DNA of 62,717 bases, the filler included, from Folioceros fuciformis (taxonomy: Eukaryota): assembly GCA_049999805.1 (NCBI GenBank). It is 5 parts of 3 records of this genome, joined end to end, with 100 filler letters (N's around TTAATTAATTAA, not from the genome) between each part and the next. Parts side by side here need not be neighbours in the genome. Positions count along the whole stretch, not along the records: positions 1 to 15,047 come from JBNGIO010006333.1; 4 more parts are not named here. The stretch is one strand, 5' to 3'. The notes under the pieces are model-generated. The model did not search any database. It worked only from the letters and a program-made list of their open reading frames with translations, and was not told the DNA's origin. Below, in pieces: positions 1-10,722 of this stretch. Numbering within the stretch: the first letter of the stretch is position 1; the number at the start of each line of letters is the position of its first letter. The position numbers and the translations under genes are program-made.

Positions 1-290
1 ATTCCCTGTCTTCCTAAGATGTGTAGAAGAGACAGACCTAGAACCAGATCCTTCTTGGCTACACATTGCTTCAATACCGCACAGAAGAGAGATTTGGAGA
101 TGCAAAGGTCTGTCTGCACCAGTCCTCCCAAAGCTTCAACAGCCTCATAAAGATGGCCCGTATGACATAGCTTACTCACGGTTTGAGGGGTTACGACGCC
201 CCCGTCGTAACCTGCAGGCCTGCGAGGGTCAGGATCACCCAGTAAGCTCCGGTCCAAGGCGTCCCCCCATATCCAGAGCAGCAAGCTGCG
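1..290 (-). pseudogene. 5' part of a PLS-class PPR gene (runs off the left edge), apparently frameshifted
   Basis: Manual minus-strand translation gives PDPRRPAGYDGGVVTPQTVSKLCHTGHLYEAVEALGGLVQTDLCISKSLFCAVLKQCVAKKDLVLG. This is homologous to the N-terminus of the PPR at 3640-6636 (RRPAGY..TVSKLCRENHLSAAVEALGVLVQTDCCISKTVFYAVLKKCV). An extra base near the G-run at ~263-268 puts the upstream ALDM out of frame. Confidence 0.7.
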
Positions 291-974
291 GATCCATCCA
301 ACCTGACTTTCGGAAGTTGTTCAACCAAATGACCTCCTGGGACTGCCTCAGAGACGAGAGGCCCTTCCTCCTTTGCCTGCAGTCCCCCGGAAGTTCCAGG
401 TCCCAGAAATCTTGTCAACCGCCGGCCACGACACTTGCTGGACACTCCGTCTCGAGCCACAAATCGAATTGGACAGGCCGGCTTTCTCACATAGCAACTA
501 CACCTCCCGATTTGATTATGAGCAAACCCATGCTTGCTTGAAGTCAGGCGTGCAGGAGCCCTTCTCAGACAACCTTTTAACCCACGTCTTCGATGGGTCC
601 TCTCTGCCCACACTGTGTTCTGCGGCCCTTCACGTGACTGAATAGCAGCGCCCCAGACAGCCATGGCTGGTAGGAGGAACCCCCTGGGCTCACCGGGAAA
701 GACTCCGCGCTTGGGACATGAGTGGAGTCAGCTCCGTCCAATGTACTCATGAGAGCACTTGACTAGTGGACTTTTTGATCCACCTGTGGGCCAGAGCCAA
801 AGCGTTGCAGCAGAATGCGACCAGGAAAGCGTGTACTTTCCTTGCTCATTGATAAGGAATACACTTAAGTACATGTATGTACGTACATTAATGTAACCTC
901 CTTCCCCTTTTCGCGGTGCTTGCAGTCCAAGCTTTGTCCCTCCGTTGCTACGTGATCCTTGGCACCAATTGGAG

Positions 975-1095
975 TGCTTGGTGGACATGTACGTAGAGCG
1001 TGGCAACCTGGAAGACGCCCGACGAGAGTTCGACGGACCTGCTGACAAGAAGGATAGGGTAACGTAGAATGCTACAACCGCAGGGTATTCCAGCC
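975..1095 (+). pseudogene. Isolated degenerate PLS-PPR motif relic
   Basis: Translates as CLVDMYVERGNLEDARREFDGPADKKDRVT*NATTAGYS, versus CLVDMYAKCGSLKDAQRVFDGLHHKNVVTWNAMIGGYS in the neighbouring PPR. The Trp codon has become TAG. Confidence 0.7.
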
Positions 1096-1149
1096 GGACA
1101 CTGGAGAGGAAGCCTTGCTTGCGCTGCGAGCTGCAGGCTGGGTCAGGGA

Positions 1150-2442
1150 ATGGCGCAGCGGATGCAGCACACCACGGATTTCTTGTCATCCCCTGCTAAC
1201 AGCGCAAATGTCTTAGTTGTTTTGAATTTTGAGCTCCCACGCTTCACGCCCTCCGTTTGGGATCAAGGTATGCACGCTAGAGAGTTCCACAGGTTCATCA
1301 CAGCAACAGCATGGCTCATTGCTTGTGACATTCAGCCAATGTTATGGAGGCGCTTAGCTGTGATACTCATCCCAAGTTGTGCGCCAGCTCGACTGCGTTT
1401 GTGCGCAGATGGTGGTGCCAACAGGCTCTATTATGATCTGCCTCGCTTGCTGCCCGAAGAGGACCCCGTGAGCATCCGGAAGAAGTACGCCATGAGTATC
1501 TACGAGTCTTTCGTGCCTGCTGTATGCCTCGGGACTGGCCACCACCAGGTCTGATTCTGCGGTACTTGTTCAGGTACAAGCCTGATGCGATCGTGGGGGA
1601 TTTGGACTCTATTCAACCGGAAGTGAGGGCCTTTTACGAGAATCTAGTGAGGCCCACCTGAACTGTGGTATAACTAAATTAGGTCATGACTTTGGCTGGC
1701 CGTGACTGATGTCCAGCTTCATCTTCCAGGGAACAACAATTGTTGATAAGGGGGAAGATCAGGACACAACCGATCTTCACAAATGTGTCACTTTCATCAT
1801 GGACAGGACACCGTTATCCGGAGGCGAACATGTAAGTGTGAGTGTTTTGAATCAAAGGGATTTCGATTCGAACCTTGTGAGCTGATTGGGATCTGTATCA
1901 TGATACTCATGGTTGCATCAATTCACAGCTCCGGCTTTTGGTGGTGGGAGCTCTCGGAGGCAGATTCGACCATGAACAAAGCAACATAAATGTGCTCTTC
2001 ACTTTCTGTGACCTGCAAATTCTTCTTCTTGGCCATGAGAGCCTCCTCTTTCTTCTTCCCAGGGGCTACCATCACGATATCCATCTCAAGCCCCCGAGTG
2101 AACACCTCCATTGTGGTCTCATCCCCGTAGGCCGTCCGTCGGCCAGCACCACCACTACCGGTTTAAAGTGGAACCTAGGTGAGAGCGGTATAATTCTTGC
2201 TGCACAGTTACACCATGGTGCATTTAGGGTTGGAACCTCCTTACTTACTCACAGTCGCTTTTAACTTCTCCGCAGATGCAACACCCATGGCGTTCGGATC
2301 CCTCATCAGCACATCAAACCGGCCCGTGAGCAACAAAGTCACGGTACACTCTGATGCCGACCTGGTGTGGACAATTGAGATCCCGAGGGCGGCGGAAGCC
2401 GACAACCTTAATCAAAACCATGTTGAGTGGTCATTAGCCTAG
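1150..2442 (+). CDS. TPK1: Thiamine pyrophosphokinase, copy A (6 exons: 1150-1267, 1388-1484, 1574-1646, 1730-1831, 1929-2178, 2276-2442)
   Basis: Spliced translation contains the TPK motifs LCADGGANRLY, YKPDAIVGDLDSI, DQDTTDLHKCV, GALGGRFDH, TTTGLKWNL and GSLISTSN. All introns are GT-AG. Confidence 0.9.
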
Positions 2443-2670
2443 GGCAATTCTTTGCAAGTTCGGAAGAACTGGGTATCGGTTCCTTCTTCCTTCCATAACA
2501 TGAGAGCTGTGTCCTCAACCAGAATATTTACCATGACGTAGGAAAGAGAGTTTCTTCCTTCCGCAAAGAGATGTGACAGGAACAGAGGCTGTGGAGGCGG
2601 AATGTCCTAGGAGCAGCTCCGCGCCCCTCTTCCTCTTCTTCTACATCTTGTCCTGCTTCCTTCAATGCTC

Positions 2671-3092
2671 CTAGACGAAGATCCCCGGGTGCTCATGGGC
2701 CAGCCGGCATAGCTGATTATGGTTGGCCATGTCTGCGCCAGGACCATTCCCACAACCAACTTAAAGACAGCACACAACAAGCGAAGCTGGTACGAGACAA
2801 CGCAGCAGGGGAACGCGGGCAGACACTAACTGAAGTTGTCGCCGAAGTTGGTGCACAGCTCGGCGCGGAGGGAAGAGTCGGACTCCACAATGCCGATGAC
2901 CTCGACGTAGGTTTGGAATCCCTGCGGCATGGCGGGCACCTGCCGCGCAGTCACCTGCTGGCCGTCGGCAGCTTCGCCGGTGATGATGCCCGCCTCCGCT
3001 CGAACCACCTTGAGCACGCATCGAACCTTGCGTCCCTTATGCTGCTGCAGGAGTTCCGCATTCACCATGGGCGCGGGCTGGCTGGTGTCCAT
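2671..3092 (-). CDS. RPA3: Replication protein A 14-kDa subunit (2 exons; intron 2733-2830)
   Basis: MDTSQPAPMVNAELL...YVEVIGIVESDSSLRAELCTNFGDNF joined to NMANHNQLCRLAHEHPGIFV* matches the plant RPA14 pattern (MDTSxPA.FVN...EVIGI...TNFGDxFD...NxLCxLA). Confidence 0.88.
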
Positions 3093-3271
3093 TATCCCGA
3101 TTCCCTCTCCTTCCCTCAGCCTCTTGGCGCCCGCCGCCGACTGCACTGCACTGCACTAAGCGCCAAGATAAAGAAACAAAAATCGTGCTTGGGGAAGTCC
3201 GGCGGCAACGTGTACCCAGACCAAGGGCATACCACATCAGTGTCGTTGCGCGGCACGGGCATCTCGTTATT

Positions 3272-3490
3272 CCCTACACTTTTGCCTATCCTAGGCTTAG
3301 AAAATATTCCCTTGTACAACTTTGGCCTATCCTACACTTGGAAAATATTCTCTTCTACAACTTTTGCCTATCCTAGCTGTGGGAACTATTTTCTTCTACA
3401 ACTTTTGCGTACCCTAGCCGTGGAAACTTTTTTCTACAACTTTTGCCTATCCTAGTTGTGGAAACTGTTCTCTTCTACAACTTTTGCCTT
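3272..3490. repeat. ~41-bp tandem minisatellite, ~5.5 copies
   Basis: Unit like acaacttttgcctatcctagctgtggaaactattctcttct; the acaacttt core recurs at 3316, 3357, 3398, 3436 and 3477. Confidence 0.85.
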
Positions 3491-3639
3491 CAGCTGCAGA
3501 GTCAAGGCATGATATCTCGTCCCATTGTCTCCCACAGACTGAAGGCACGATGATCTCTTACCGTTATCTGAAATCTACGGTATTCATTATAGAATTTGTC
3601 CATTACGCTCTCATCGAATCCCAATGTACAGCATATCCT

Positions 3640-6636
3640 TCATCCACGCAGACCCGTTTCCTGCTTTCCGACTCTACGAGAAAGCCCCAACTCCCCAGCC
3701 AAGAAGCTGTGAACCACCCCGTCCATGTTCGTCCACCAGCTCTTACCTGGCTGTTTCCATGCCCTCGTCCCTATTCTCCTTCTCTGTATTTCCTGTGCCT
3801 CCTCCCACATCTGTGCACCAGTGTATATGCCTGCCATCAACACATAAGCTGCTGCATCTTTTGAGTCTAGTTTCACTGCTTGGTTGAAGGCAACGAGGCC
3901 GACCTGCACGTTGCTCCACTTTCGACATGCCCCTAACACATTGTGCCAAACTGCGGCGTCCGGGAGTACAGACATCGTCTTCACCAAATCTAATGCCTCG
4001 TTCAGTCGGCCGGCACGGCCCAGGAGGTCCACCATGCATGTATAGTGCTCCAGTGTGGGGCTGATGCTGTGTTCTCTGCTCATAGCCTCGAAGTACAGTT
4101 TCCCCTTCCTCACCAGTCCCATGTGACTGCATACCGAGAGTACACCAAGAAAGGTGATACCGTCTGGTTGGATTCCATGGTTTCTCATTCTGACAACCAA
4201 GTTAAAGACCGCTTCACTATCTCCTTGGTGGCTGTATCCTGCAACTAGTGCATTCCAGACAACTATGTTTCGATCGCGCAATTGATCAAACACCTTCTGT
4301 GCATCACCCAAGCTCCCGCACTTCCCATACATGCTGATCAAACTACCGGCTATGAACAGATCCGCTTGAAGCCCTTGCACTTCAATCTGTGAATGGAGCC
4401 GCCTTCCCAATAGCAACGCTGCAACATTTCCGCAAGCCTGCAGGAGGTACCCAACTGTTGTGGCACTTGGCACAAGGAGGATTTCTTCTTCCGCAGCCCT
4501 ATATAGGTCAAGGGCTTCCTGGTCCATGCCCTGGCGGTAATATCCTGCAATCATTGTATTCCACGTCACAACAGTCTTTTCACTAAGTCTATCAAATACT
4601 CTCTGAGCATCTTCCAGGCTTCCACACTTAGTGTACATGTTGACCACACTGTTGGCTACAGCCATATCACTTATGTATCCTCGTTCCTTGATTTCAACAT
4701 GAAGCTGCTTTCCCTTCTTGAAAGCTGGGATGCCCACACTTGCACAGGCCTGTAGGAGGCACACAAACGTCACAGAATCGGGAACAGCCATGCCGCCTTC
4801 TTGCATATCGCTGTAAAGACAAAGGGCTTCCTGTCCCAAGCCCTGCTGTGAATATGCTGCAATGAGGGCAGTCCAGGTCACCACATCCTTGTGACTTCCA
4901 TCAAACACTCTGCCAGCATCTTCCAAGCTGCCACACTTAGCGTACATAGTGACCAAACTGTTGACTACCAACACATCGTCTTGGTGTCCTCGTACTCGAA
5001 TTTGAGTGTGAAGGTGCTTTCCCATCTCCAAAGCCAGGGTACCCATACTTCCACAAGCCTGCAAGAGGCTCACAAATGTCACGGCATCAGGTACAGCTCT
5101 GCCCTCTTCTTGCATACAAGTATAAAGAAGGAGGGCTTCCTGGCCCAGGCCACGCTGGGCATACCCTGCTATCAAGGCATTCCACGTCACCACGTCTTTG
5201 TAACAAAGTGCATCGAAAACGCTATGAGCATCCTGTAAGCTGCCACACTTTGAATACATGTCTATCAAACTGTTGGCCACAAACAATTCACCTTGGTACC
5301 CTCGTTCTCGAATTTGTGTATGAAGCTGCTTCCCCGTTTCCAGAGCTGCGATTCCCACACTTGCACATGCCTGCAGGAGGCACACAAATGTCACTGAGTT
5401 AGGAACAGCGATGCCTTCATCTTGCATAGCACTATAAAGACGAAGAGCTTTCTGGCCCATGCCCTTCTTCGAATATCCTGCAATAAGAGCAGTCCACATC
5501 ACCACATCTTTTTGACCAACTCCGTCGAACACTCTCTGGGCGTCTTCCAAGCTGTCACACGTTGCATACATGTGTACCAAACTGCTGGCTACAAACACAT
5601 CAGCTTCGTACGCTCGTTCTCTAATTTGAGCATGAAGCTGCATCCCTTTCTCCAAAGATGGGTTACCCATACTTGCACATGCTTTCAGGAGGCAAACAAA
5701 TGTTACAGAATCAGGTGCAACCACACCTTCTTCTTGCATTGCACTATAAAGGCGCAGGGCTTCATCTCCAATGCCCTGTTGGGAATACCCTCCTATCATA
5801 GCATTCCATGTTACCACATTTTTGTGATGAAGTCCGTCAAACACTCGTTGAGCGTCTTTCAAGCTGCCACACTTTGCATACATATCCACCAAGCAGCTGA
5901 AAACGAACAGATTAGGCTCCATGCCACTGGCCAACACATCACTATGCACCTGCTGCCCAGTTTCCAAGTCTCCACCCCTTGCACAAGCCTGAAGGGATGC
6001 CACAAAGACATGAGCATCTGGCTTCACACATGACCTGCGCATTCGATGATACAATTCTACAGCCTGTTTGTCCCGTCCGTGTTTAACATGAGCAGAAATT
6101 ATGGAAGACCACATGAAGGCATCCGGTTCCGCAACTACGGAAAACACATCCATCGCGTCGTCCAACCGACCGTGAGAAGAATACATTCGCAGGACGTGGT
6201 TGCACAGGAACGTGTCCTTATCGTACCCCATGTTCACTGTAAAAGCATGCACCCGGCGGCCCAGAACAAGATCTTTGTTGCCTACGCATTTCTTCAGCAC
6301 AGCATAAAAGACCGTTTTGGAAATACAACAGTCGGTTTGCACCAGCACTCCCAAAGCCTCAACGGCAGCAGAGAGATGGTTCTCACGACAAAGCTTGCTC
6401 ACAGTTACATCCGTGATAGCTCTTGCGTATCCTGCAGGCCTGCGAAACTCAGCCCCATCCAGCACGTTGCAGACGGAGTTGGAGGCAGAAAGAACTATCT
6501 CCATATCCAGAGCATCCAGCTGAACATCCACCAGAGCCAACTTGTAGGAGTTATGCAACCCGGGGACCTCCTTAAAACTGGAAGTCGGGCGGCGTACGGA
6601 CACCTTGCCTGTTTCCCCTGTTCTACCACCAAACAT
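3640..6636 (-). CDS. Intronless PLS-class PPR protein, E1/E2/E+ subgroup with WW-type PG box and no DYW deaminase (organellar RNA-editing factor family)
   Basis: 998-aa ORF of repeating P-L-S triplets (LVDMYAKCGSLEDAQRVFD / DVVTWNALIAGYSQQG / PDSVTFVCLLQAC), followed by HYTCMVDLLGRAG, E1 (PDAAVWHNVLGACRKW), E2 (AAAYVLMAGIY) and KQPGKSWWTNMDGVVHSFLAGE, then a stop. Confidence 0.93.
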   Translation of the reverse strand: MFGGRTGETGKVSVRRPTSSFKEVPGLHNSYKLALVDVQLDALDMEIVLSASNSVCNVLDGAEFRRPAGYARAITDVTVSKLCRENHLSAAVEALGVLVQTDCCISKTVFYAVLKKCVGNKDLVLGRRVHAFTVNMGYDKDTFLCNHVLRMYSSHGRLDDAMDVFSVVAEPDAFMWSSIISAHVKHGRDKQAVELYHRMRRSCVKPDAHVFVASLQACARGGDLETGQQVHSDVLASGMEPNLFVFSCLVDMYAKCGSLKDAQRVFDGLHHKNVVTWNAMIGGYSQQGIGDEALRLYSAMQEEGVVAPDSVTFVCLLKACASMGNPSLEKGMQLHAQIRERAYEADVFVASSLVHMYATCDSLEDAQRVFDGVGQKDVVMWTALIAGYSKKGMGQKALRLYSAMQDEGIAVPNSVTFVCLLQACASVGIAALETGKQLHTQIRERGYQGELFVANSLIDMYSKCGSLQDAHSVFDALCYKDVVTWNALIAGYAQRGLGQEALLLYTCMQEEGRAVPDAVTFVSLLQACGSMGTLALEMGKHLHTQIRVRGHQDDVLVVNSLVTMYAKCGSLEDAGRVFDGSHKDVVTWTALIAAYSQQGLGQEALCLYSDMQEGGMAVPDSVTFVCLLQACASVGIPAFKKGKQLHVEIKERGYISDMAVANSVVNMYTKCGSLEDAQRVFDRLSEKTVVTWNTMIAGYYRQGMDQEALDLYRAAEEEILLVPSATTVGYLLQACGNVAALLLGRRLHSQIEVQGLQADLFIAGSLISMYGKCGSLGDAQKVFDQLRDRNIVVWNALVAGYSHQGDSEAVFNLVVRMRNHGIQPDGITFLGVLSVCSHMGLVRKGKLYFEAMSREHSISPTLEHYTCMVDLLGRAGRLNEALDLVKTMSVLPDAAVWHNVLGACRKWSNVQVGLVAFNQAVKLDSKDAAAYVLMAGIYTGAQMWEEAQEIQRRRIGTRAWKQPGKSWWTNMDGVVHSFLAGELGLSRRVGKQETGLRG

Positions 6637-7691
6637 GTGAGGTCACCTGTAACGACCAGCAAGCCAGTCCCTCCCACAGGATGGGCTAGCTGTGTTGCAA
6701 CGCTGCTACACCTTTCACCTTCGGTGCGTCACAACAATTGTTTCCTCGTTGTTTGCTGTCAAGGCGAGCGGAAACCGCCCCAGCACCCTGACACCGCCGC
6801 ACAAGATGTACCTATACGACTACGGGGTTCCTGTCCAAGCAGGTGAAGGGAAGCAAGCAATCTTGTGGTCAGAACTGTTGCATCGCGTTTGCTTGGACGT
6901 GTGGACTCCCCACTGATATCGGTGTGAGCAGACCCGACTCAGATTTCTCGGGACTACGCGCCAAAGACGTATTTCTCCTCACATCCCTTGAGGCGGAAGA
7001 GGAGGTCAGATGCCACCCTATGATCGAATTTCTGCCACAGGCAGATAACCAGCTGCAGCTCTCTGCCAGCGAGCAGCTGCCGGGGCCAACAGGGGGGAAA
7101 TCCGATGCGAGAGCGCAGATCTGAGCTGTCTGCTCGTGATACCGATATGAGCGCAGAGCCGACAGGTTCAAGCAAACCACAGCCGACCCGACCGGGGATG
7201 ACAATTTACTGTACAAGGATGTCGGTATCTACACCAGGTGACTGTGGATGGCAGCAGCTTCCTGCCTACCGAGTCCGTCCTGTCAGTCGGCCTCGTCCGA
7301 GCGCTATAAGCTTTCACTAATTAATTACGCCTTAAAGGCAACAACCCACCAGCTTCCAGAAGTATTCCGAGACCACTTGAAAATGAGGGGCGGTGGGAAT
7401 CACTTGCATTCCAGCCTTTCCAGGTGGGGGACAGTGACAACCTATCCAGTTCAGTGCTCTCCGCCCAGCGACTGGCCGCATGGAACGTGGGAACAAAAAG
7501 GGGTCAGGGGACCGTTGTGGACTGTGTCAGCGGATACAAGCTGCTGTGAATTAACTATTGCAGGAAGAGCTCACGGTCGTGTGACATCAAGACCAGTCGT
7601 TGGAACAGGATGCGGTCGGAGTATGCAGCAGCTTTGGAAGGAAGACACCCATCCATGAGGCTGTAGGATAGAAGTCGGCCATTTGTGCTCA

Positions 7692-7797
7692 GGTGATTTG
7701 TTTGTCAGTGATGGCTCGGTGAACACGCATGCAAGAGATGGCAGCTTGGAAGATGCTCAGAAAGTGTTTGCCGTACTTGTCAGACAAGACGCAGTGC
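7692..7797 (+). pseudogene. Isolated degenerate PLS-PPR motif relic
   Basis: GDLFVSDGSVNTHARDGSLEDAQKVFAVLVRQDAV resembles ADLFIAGSLISMYGKCGSLGDAQKVFDQL. Confidence 0.6.
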
Positions 7798-8051
7798 GAT
7801 TGAGGATATTCCCAATTGTTGATACATCACAAGAATCTTTGATAGAACAGAGGTCCGTGCTTAGAAGACGCTAGTAGATTTTTCCACGACATTGCCCACA
7901 AAGACGTTTTTACCTGTTTCGTATTGCTGCCGCTGGCCCACTGTTATAATGTCATATGTTGTTAGAGACTGGACATGAGCGGGGTCACACATGAATCGTG
8001 TGGAACCGTTTTATATTACAGAAATAGGACAGGCAAGGCAGCATGGCGACC

Positions 8052-10077
8052 TCACCAGATGTCAACCACATGGAAAATAACGGCCAACCTCAGGAAGAGG
8101 AAAGAGCAATAGATGAACAGCAGCCCACAACCCAAGGTTTTGCTAGGATGCATTCCTCTTCGAGGCAAAAGCAACAAGGACCATAGCAACCCTGCAACCA
8201 GGAACCCCAAGGTGTAGAACAGAGAGGGGTCGGAGGGCAGGGTGAATGAGTCAGGGTATGCTTTCCCGCTGGCAAGAGCAAGAGAAAGGCCAATTCCTAT
8301 CAGTGTATTGAACATGGGACCTGCATAACATCCAGCAATGGCAATCTGCACTCCGTCTGTTCCAGAGACAGCCAACGCAAGGTTTGACATAAGATCTCCC
8401 ACAGAGTTGCCCCATGCTAGAACTGTCAGGCCCAGAATGGTTGCATCAATCTGCAAGATGACACCTAAGGCAACCAACGTGGCCACCAGCTCATTCGCAA
8501 TCACGTAGAACCACATGATGCTCATGAGAAAACCACCGACGATCCACGGGAACACAAAACTTCGAGGAGGGTGCTCTGCAACAGTTGTGATAAAGGCCGT
8601 TATCCCCAGACACGCTCCTACAACAGATCCACCCACATATACTTCCCAGCTGCTCATGAAAGGACCATTGTCCTTGCTGTCCCAAACTAGTGCAAACAAC
8701 AATGGAGCCAGGGTAGCACTGGCGACTGCAAAGGGGCGAGACCATCTCTCAGGCTCCACAACGGGGATGGTGAGGCGGCGGGGCAGAGCTAGAGGCCACT
8801 CTATCAGGTATCTGCAAAGTCCACGAGGTGTGTACCACAAGCTTCCGTGGTCGCTTTCACTCCACCCCCAGAGTGGCCGAGGGGTGTGTGGAAGCTGACC
8901 CAAGTGTGCAAACAGGGCGATGTGAGGAGCCCATCTCCATTGTGGAAGAGATGTCTGGGCTGCAAAACGAGCGAGGAACTATCAGCTCTGTTGACCAAAG
9001 CATGGTAGCAGAAGGCAAGAGTCATGTTAACGGGTGTAAACTACCTGTCAGAAGAGGCTGCAAAGCCTGTGACTTGATTAACTTATTCTTCGACACATTC
9101 TGCCTCCACTCAACATAGGCCACTGCCAATCCGTAGAGCAGATAGATGGACAGGTATGCTATTGCTCCCAGGAGAGAAATCCTGCCTACCACGAGAATGC
9201 ATGCCAAGGCAGCCACCGTGAAGATAAAGAAGAAAATATCTCGTACAAAGCTCCGCCGGTGCAGGTGCGAATCACAGTCCGAGGTTGCAACTGCGAGACT
9301 GACAGAGCCTGCCACAACAGAGCTGACAAAGAACGCTCCCCCAAGAACACTGTTGAGTCCCACCTCTCCTGCCCCTGCTCCCATGAAAGCAGCAATACTC
9401 GCAAACACGTCCGGGGCACCATTGCCAAGAGGGATAAGGGTGACACCTGCCAATGTAGGTGGCAACCGCAGAGCCTTGGCCAGCCTTTCCACAGAGCAGC
9501 AAAAGAAATCCGCGGCTGTGTTCCCCAGCATGTAGAAGAGGGCAATGAGCCATGCAGCAAACACCACATATCCCAGCACCGGAAACCCGGCAAACCTGCA
9601 AAAGAAGAAAGCCGTGTAGTCTATGACGGTTCCAGACCTGCACTTCGCATTTGCTGTCACAAAGGAACAGGAATCATTGAACCCCGGATGAGCATACGCA
9701 TCCTGACACAAGACAGCCTCCAGAAAATTGGAGGTGTCATTATTGCGAGCCACATCCTCTGCCGGAACGCCACCCGTGAAACTGTGGACCAAACCCTGCG
9801 GCCCAGCAGCAGCAGCCTGCTGTGCTTCAACAACCCGTCCCCGAGCCCCTACACCCGCAGACCCTGACGACCCCTCCTCTGAACCCAAAAGTTGTCTGGA
9901 TCTAAAGCCCGCGCCGGATGCAGTCTTGGCCCAGAATCCAAAAACACTGTGCTTGCCACCGTGTGTACCGTGCACGTGACTGGGCACAAGACGTTCCCAC
10001 AGGAAGACGATGAGCATAACCGAAGTCGCGAGGCGAAATACAGGCTGAATTCGGGTCTTCCGGAAAGCAGTCGTCAT
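8052..10077 (-). CDS. CCX: Cation/calcium exchanger (CCX, CaCA superfamily); one intron 8960-9044
   Basis: Has the alpha-1 repeat AGVTLIPLGNGAPDVFASIAAF, the alpha-2 repeat LGLTVLAWGNSVGDL, and AGCYAGPMFNTL. An 85-nt GT-AG intron joins the two ORFs in frame and restores SLPQWRWAPHIALF. First ATG is at 10077. Confidence 0.9.
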
Positions 10078-10722
10078 CCTAAAGATATCGTCACTGGTGA
10101 CCAAGCCCTGTGGCCGGTTTTCTACCAGCCATTGCCCACACCATCTTCTGCTCAAACATTTGTCAAAAACTCTACTACCCTACTCATCCACACCATCCGC
10201 GAGCAGCTCCCATTTCAACAGACCTTCGTCCACACAGCCAGCACGCGATTCAAGCAAAAGGCAAATTTTTCTTTCGACACAATCCCAGATCACCGAACAA
10301 CCGCGCCCGTCACTCCAATCCTGAAAGAAGCACTCCACACACCAACATCATCCATTGTTTTCCACAACCCACAGTCCTCCAATCCCAGCTCACCAAACAA
10401 CCACATCCGTCACTCCAACCCTGAAACAGCCACTCCACACACCAACATCGTCGACTCTTTTCCACAACCCGCAGTTCGCTGGCCGCCCCTCAGAGTGGTC
10501 GGCCGCCTCTAGTCCCGAAGGCTGGTATTCGCAGACGAGCACGATCCACCCCCGTTAGCCAAGTGAAACCAGCGGGTCCCGACGCGGGGGTCACTCACCT
10601 TACGCGGCCTCTCGCGTTCCCGGACAGGCGGCATTCAACTACTCATACACTGTATGTAGGTAACATTCCACGTGTCCTTGCCTCCGCATTACATATTACT
10701 AGTACCTGAAATCTACAAAAAA

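Larger units (their letters stand above)
1123..3270. repeat. Arm A of inverted segmental duplication (partner 10723-12901)
   Basis: Exons, introns and intergenic DNA of TPK and RPA14 align in reverse complement to 10723-12901. Similarity begins at gctgcgagctgcaggctg (1123) and fades at ...gcatctcgttat (~3270). Confidence 0.93.

Noticed and set aside
4891-6846. Long + strand ORFs (up to 266 aa) overlapping the PPR
   Set aside because: Antisense shadows of the PPR coding sequence. The same applies to ORFs opposite CCX, LCYE, OEP16, F-box, FRO and ERF.
10308-10476. ~100-bp-period tandem duplication upstream of the CCX start
   Set aside because: Real, but only two diverged copies in presumed UTR/promoter DNA; no evidence of function.
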